From Deltaproteobacteria bacterium HGW-Deltaproteobacteria-6 (lineage in GTDB: Bacteria > Desulfobacterota > Syntrophia > Syntrophales > Smithellaceae), in NCBI GenBank assembly GCA_002840435.1, contig PHAT01000001.1, positions 592,979 to 656,978 of the forward strand: a DNA stretch of 64,000 nucleotides, given 5' to 3'. Positions 62,420 through 64,000 of the stretch are shown piece after piece. The position numbers were made by a program, and so were the translations under genes. The stretch's first letter is position 1, and each line of letters begins with the position of its first letter. The notes under the pieces are model-generated. The model was given only the letters and a program-made list of their open reading frames with translations, had not been told where the DNA came from and searched no databases.

Positions 62420-63229
62420 TCAAGCTTTTGCACTTTTATAATAAGAGTTGACCTTTTCGATGTAACCAATTGTTTCCGCAGGCAGTTTGTCCGGTTTCTT
62501 CTCTACGTTTCCCATACCCCAGTTATAAGCCGCCAATGCCAGATCGACCTGTCCATCATATCGGGTCAGAAGCATTTTCAAATAACGGGTGCCGCCCATA
62601 ACATTTTCCCGGGGATCGTAAGCGTTTTGTACGCCCAGTTCTCTGGCTGTCTCGGGCATAAGCTGCATCAAACCCATCGCACCGCGAGGCGACGTAGCGG
62701 AAGCATTAAAGTTACTTTCTGTTTTAATGACGGAACGAATCAAATCGGCATCAACATCGAATTTTTGGGCCGCCTGATCAACAATTTGGTTAATATGCGG
62801 ATCATGACCGGAAAGATTATTTTTTGGCGTTTGCTGATTATTTTTTGACGTATCGGAACGATGATGAGAAATTCTGGCCCCGTAATCCTGCATAACTTTG
62901 GAAGCCAGAGCATTTGATTCCAGCGAATTATTGAATACGGTATTGTACAAACGTGCATTCATCTGGATTTGCAGGGCCTTGGTAAAAAGTATCAGTTGGT
63001 CTTTACTTAACGTGGTCATTGCAGATGAATCAAGGGATATATTGTCTTTATTTCCTATTAACTCACTTAGATAATTATTGAATTTACTGACACTTTTGTC
63101 TGCCGAAGGCGTAGAATTTGTTTTTCCGTTGCCTTGCTGATTCAATAATTTTGATAAAGCGGCAACATCGCGCGATATAACCATATTATCTCCTTCAACC
63201 TGACAGAAATAATTCAATTTATATGCCAA
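62420..63229 (-). CDS. lytic transglycosylase (SLT domain) protein
   Basis: C-terminal SLT motifs IKTESNFNASATSPRGAMGLMQLMPETA and AYNWG. The N-terminal half is unrecognised. Confidence 0.85.
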   Translation of the reverse strand: MAYKLNYFCQVEGDNMVISRDVAALSKLLNQQGNGKTNSTPSADKSVSKFNNYLSELIGNKDNISLDSSAMTTLSKDQLILFTKALQIQMNARLYNTVFNNSLESNALASKVMQDYGARISHHRSDTSKNNQQTPKNNLSGHDPHINQIVDQAAQKFDVDADLIRSVIKTESNFNASATSPRGAMGLMQLMPETARELGVQNAYDPRENVMGGTRYLKMLLTRYDGQVDLALAAYNWGMGNVEKKPDKLPAETIGYIEKVNSYYKSAKA

Positions 63230-63247
63230 ATTTACTATTATTAATTT

Positions 63248-64000
63248 TTACAGGATTTTTACGTAGGCGTCAACGACATCAGGATCAAACTGTGTCTTCT
63301 TGTTGCGGATTAATTCTTCAATAGCTTCTTCTTTTGAGAGTGCAGGTCGATAGGGACGATTATTGGTCATCGCATCAAATGAATCGACGACTGCTAAAAT
63401 CCTTGCCAGAAAAGGAATACCAGCGCCTTTTAATCCAAGGGGATAGCCTTTCCCGTCCCACCGTTCATGATGGCAGAGAATGATCATTCTTTCTTTCTCC
63501 AGCAAGATAATTGATTTTAAAATGTTCTCGCCGATAGTTGAATGATTCTTAATAACCATATATTCTTCATCAGTCAGTTTGCTTGTCTTTAACAAAATAC
63601 TGTCCGGAACGGCAATCTTTCCGACATCATGCAACACACCGGCAATCTTAATACTTTCCAGGTCTTTCATCGGACAATTCATACTCGCTGCCAGACGGAT
63701 AGCTTCATCTGTCACCCGCTGTGAATGTTCCTCCGTATAGTGATCCCGCGCCTGAATGGAAGATATTAATGATTTTAAGGTATCCATGATATTAAAAAAG
63801 ATACTTTCATAAAGAATTTTATTTTCCAGATTCAACGATGCTCGTTTGGTCAGACTCAAGATATGATGAAGATCTTTTTTACTGAAAACTTCTCTGTTTT
63901 TCTTCTTACGAATGCTCAGGATACCGAGAATATTATTGCGAATCATTAACGGAGCGCAAATAAGCGAGGGCGACACTTCCGGGTGGTCATTTGAATTAAT
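63248..64000 (-). CDS. HD-GYP domain phosphodiesterase with upstream GAF-like segment (N-terminus beyond the right edge)
   Basis: HYTEEHSQRV, GVLHDVGKIAVP and HHERWDGKGYP motifs. The frame stays open upstream of the track Met at 63976 to the window end. Confidence 0.88.
   Translation of the reverse strand: MNSNDHPEVSPSLICAPLMIRNNILGILSIRKKKNREVFSKKDLHHILSLTKRASLNLENKILYESIFFNIMDTLKSLISSIQARDHYTEEHSQRVTDEAIRLAASMNCPMKDLESIKIAGVLHDVGKIAVPDSILLKTSKLTDEEYMVIKNHSTIGENILKSIILLEKERMIILCHHERWDGKGYPLGLKGAGIPFLARILAVVDSFDAMTNNRPYRPALSKEEAIEELIRNKKTQFDPDVVDAYVKIL

Overview
This 64-kb window looks like ordinary bacterial chromosome. It is mid-GC by eye, and the gene content suggests a Desulfobacterota/Desulfobacterales-like organism, though that is inference only. 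I call about 58 protein genes, 5 intact tRNAs and one tRNA fragment. I saw no rRNA, CRISPR array, transposase or integrase.

Housekeeping genes: rpmB, recJ, citrate synthase, phosphomannomutase, an AroF-type DAHP synthase, a tail-specific protease, a PBP7-like endopeptidase, and the dprA-topA-trmFO block.

Transport genes: a 7-gene LIV-type ABC operon with two embedded acyl-CoA ligases, and two paralogous TolC/adaptor/MacB-type ABC efflux operons.

Signalling genes: an HDOD protein, a GAF-GAF-PAS class III nucleotide cyclase, and a GAF/HD-GYP protein cut by the right edge.

Main findings, in order of interest:
1. A minus-strand operon (47503-52209) couples a MotA/MotB-like stator pair to a soluble protein that fuses a cyclic-nucleotide-binding domain to a FliG C-terminal-like domain. 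An HD hydrolase with PDE-like motifs and a membrane HExxH protein follow. The operon is convergent with the cyclase gene, and no other flagellar gene is in the window. This is a candidate non-flagellar, cNMP-gated stator system.
2. A 30-codon Phe/Tyr-rich leader ORF with mutually exclusive helices and an intrinsic terminator lies directly upstream of the LIV-type operon. This is a candidate attenuator.
3. An AT-rich 1.4-kb islet is bounded by duplicated tRNA-Lys 3' halves, each with its own terminator copy. It carries one orphan membrane-protein gene and no integrase.
4. One ABC efflux operon has a PAS domain fused to its membrane-fusion adaptor.
5. An ABC-F gene has a terminator in its 5' leader and a degenerate second Walker A.
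6. A probable leaderless RHH-regulator/membrane-protein pair sits behind a perfect palindromic operator.

All family calls come from reading the translations. No database search was run.
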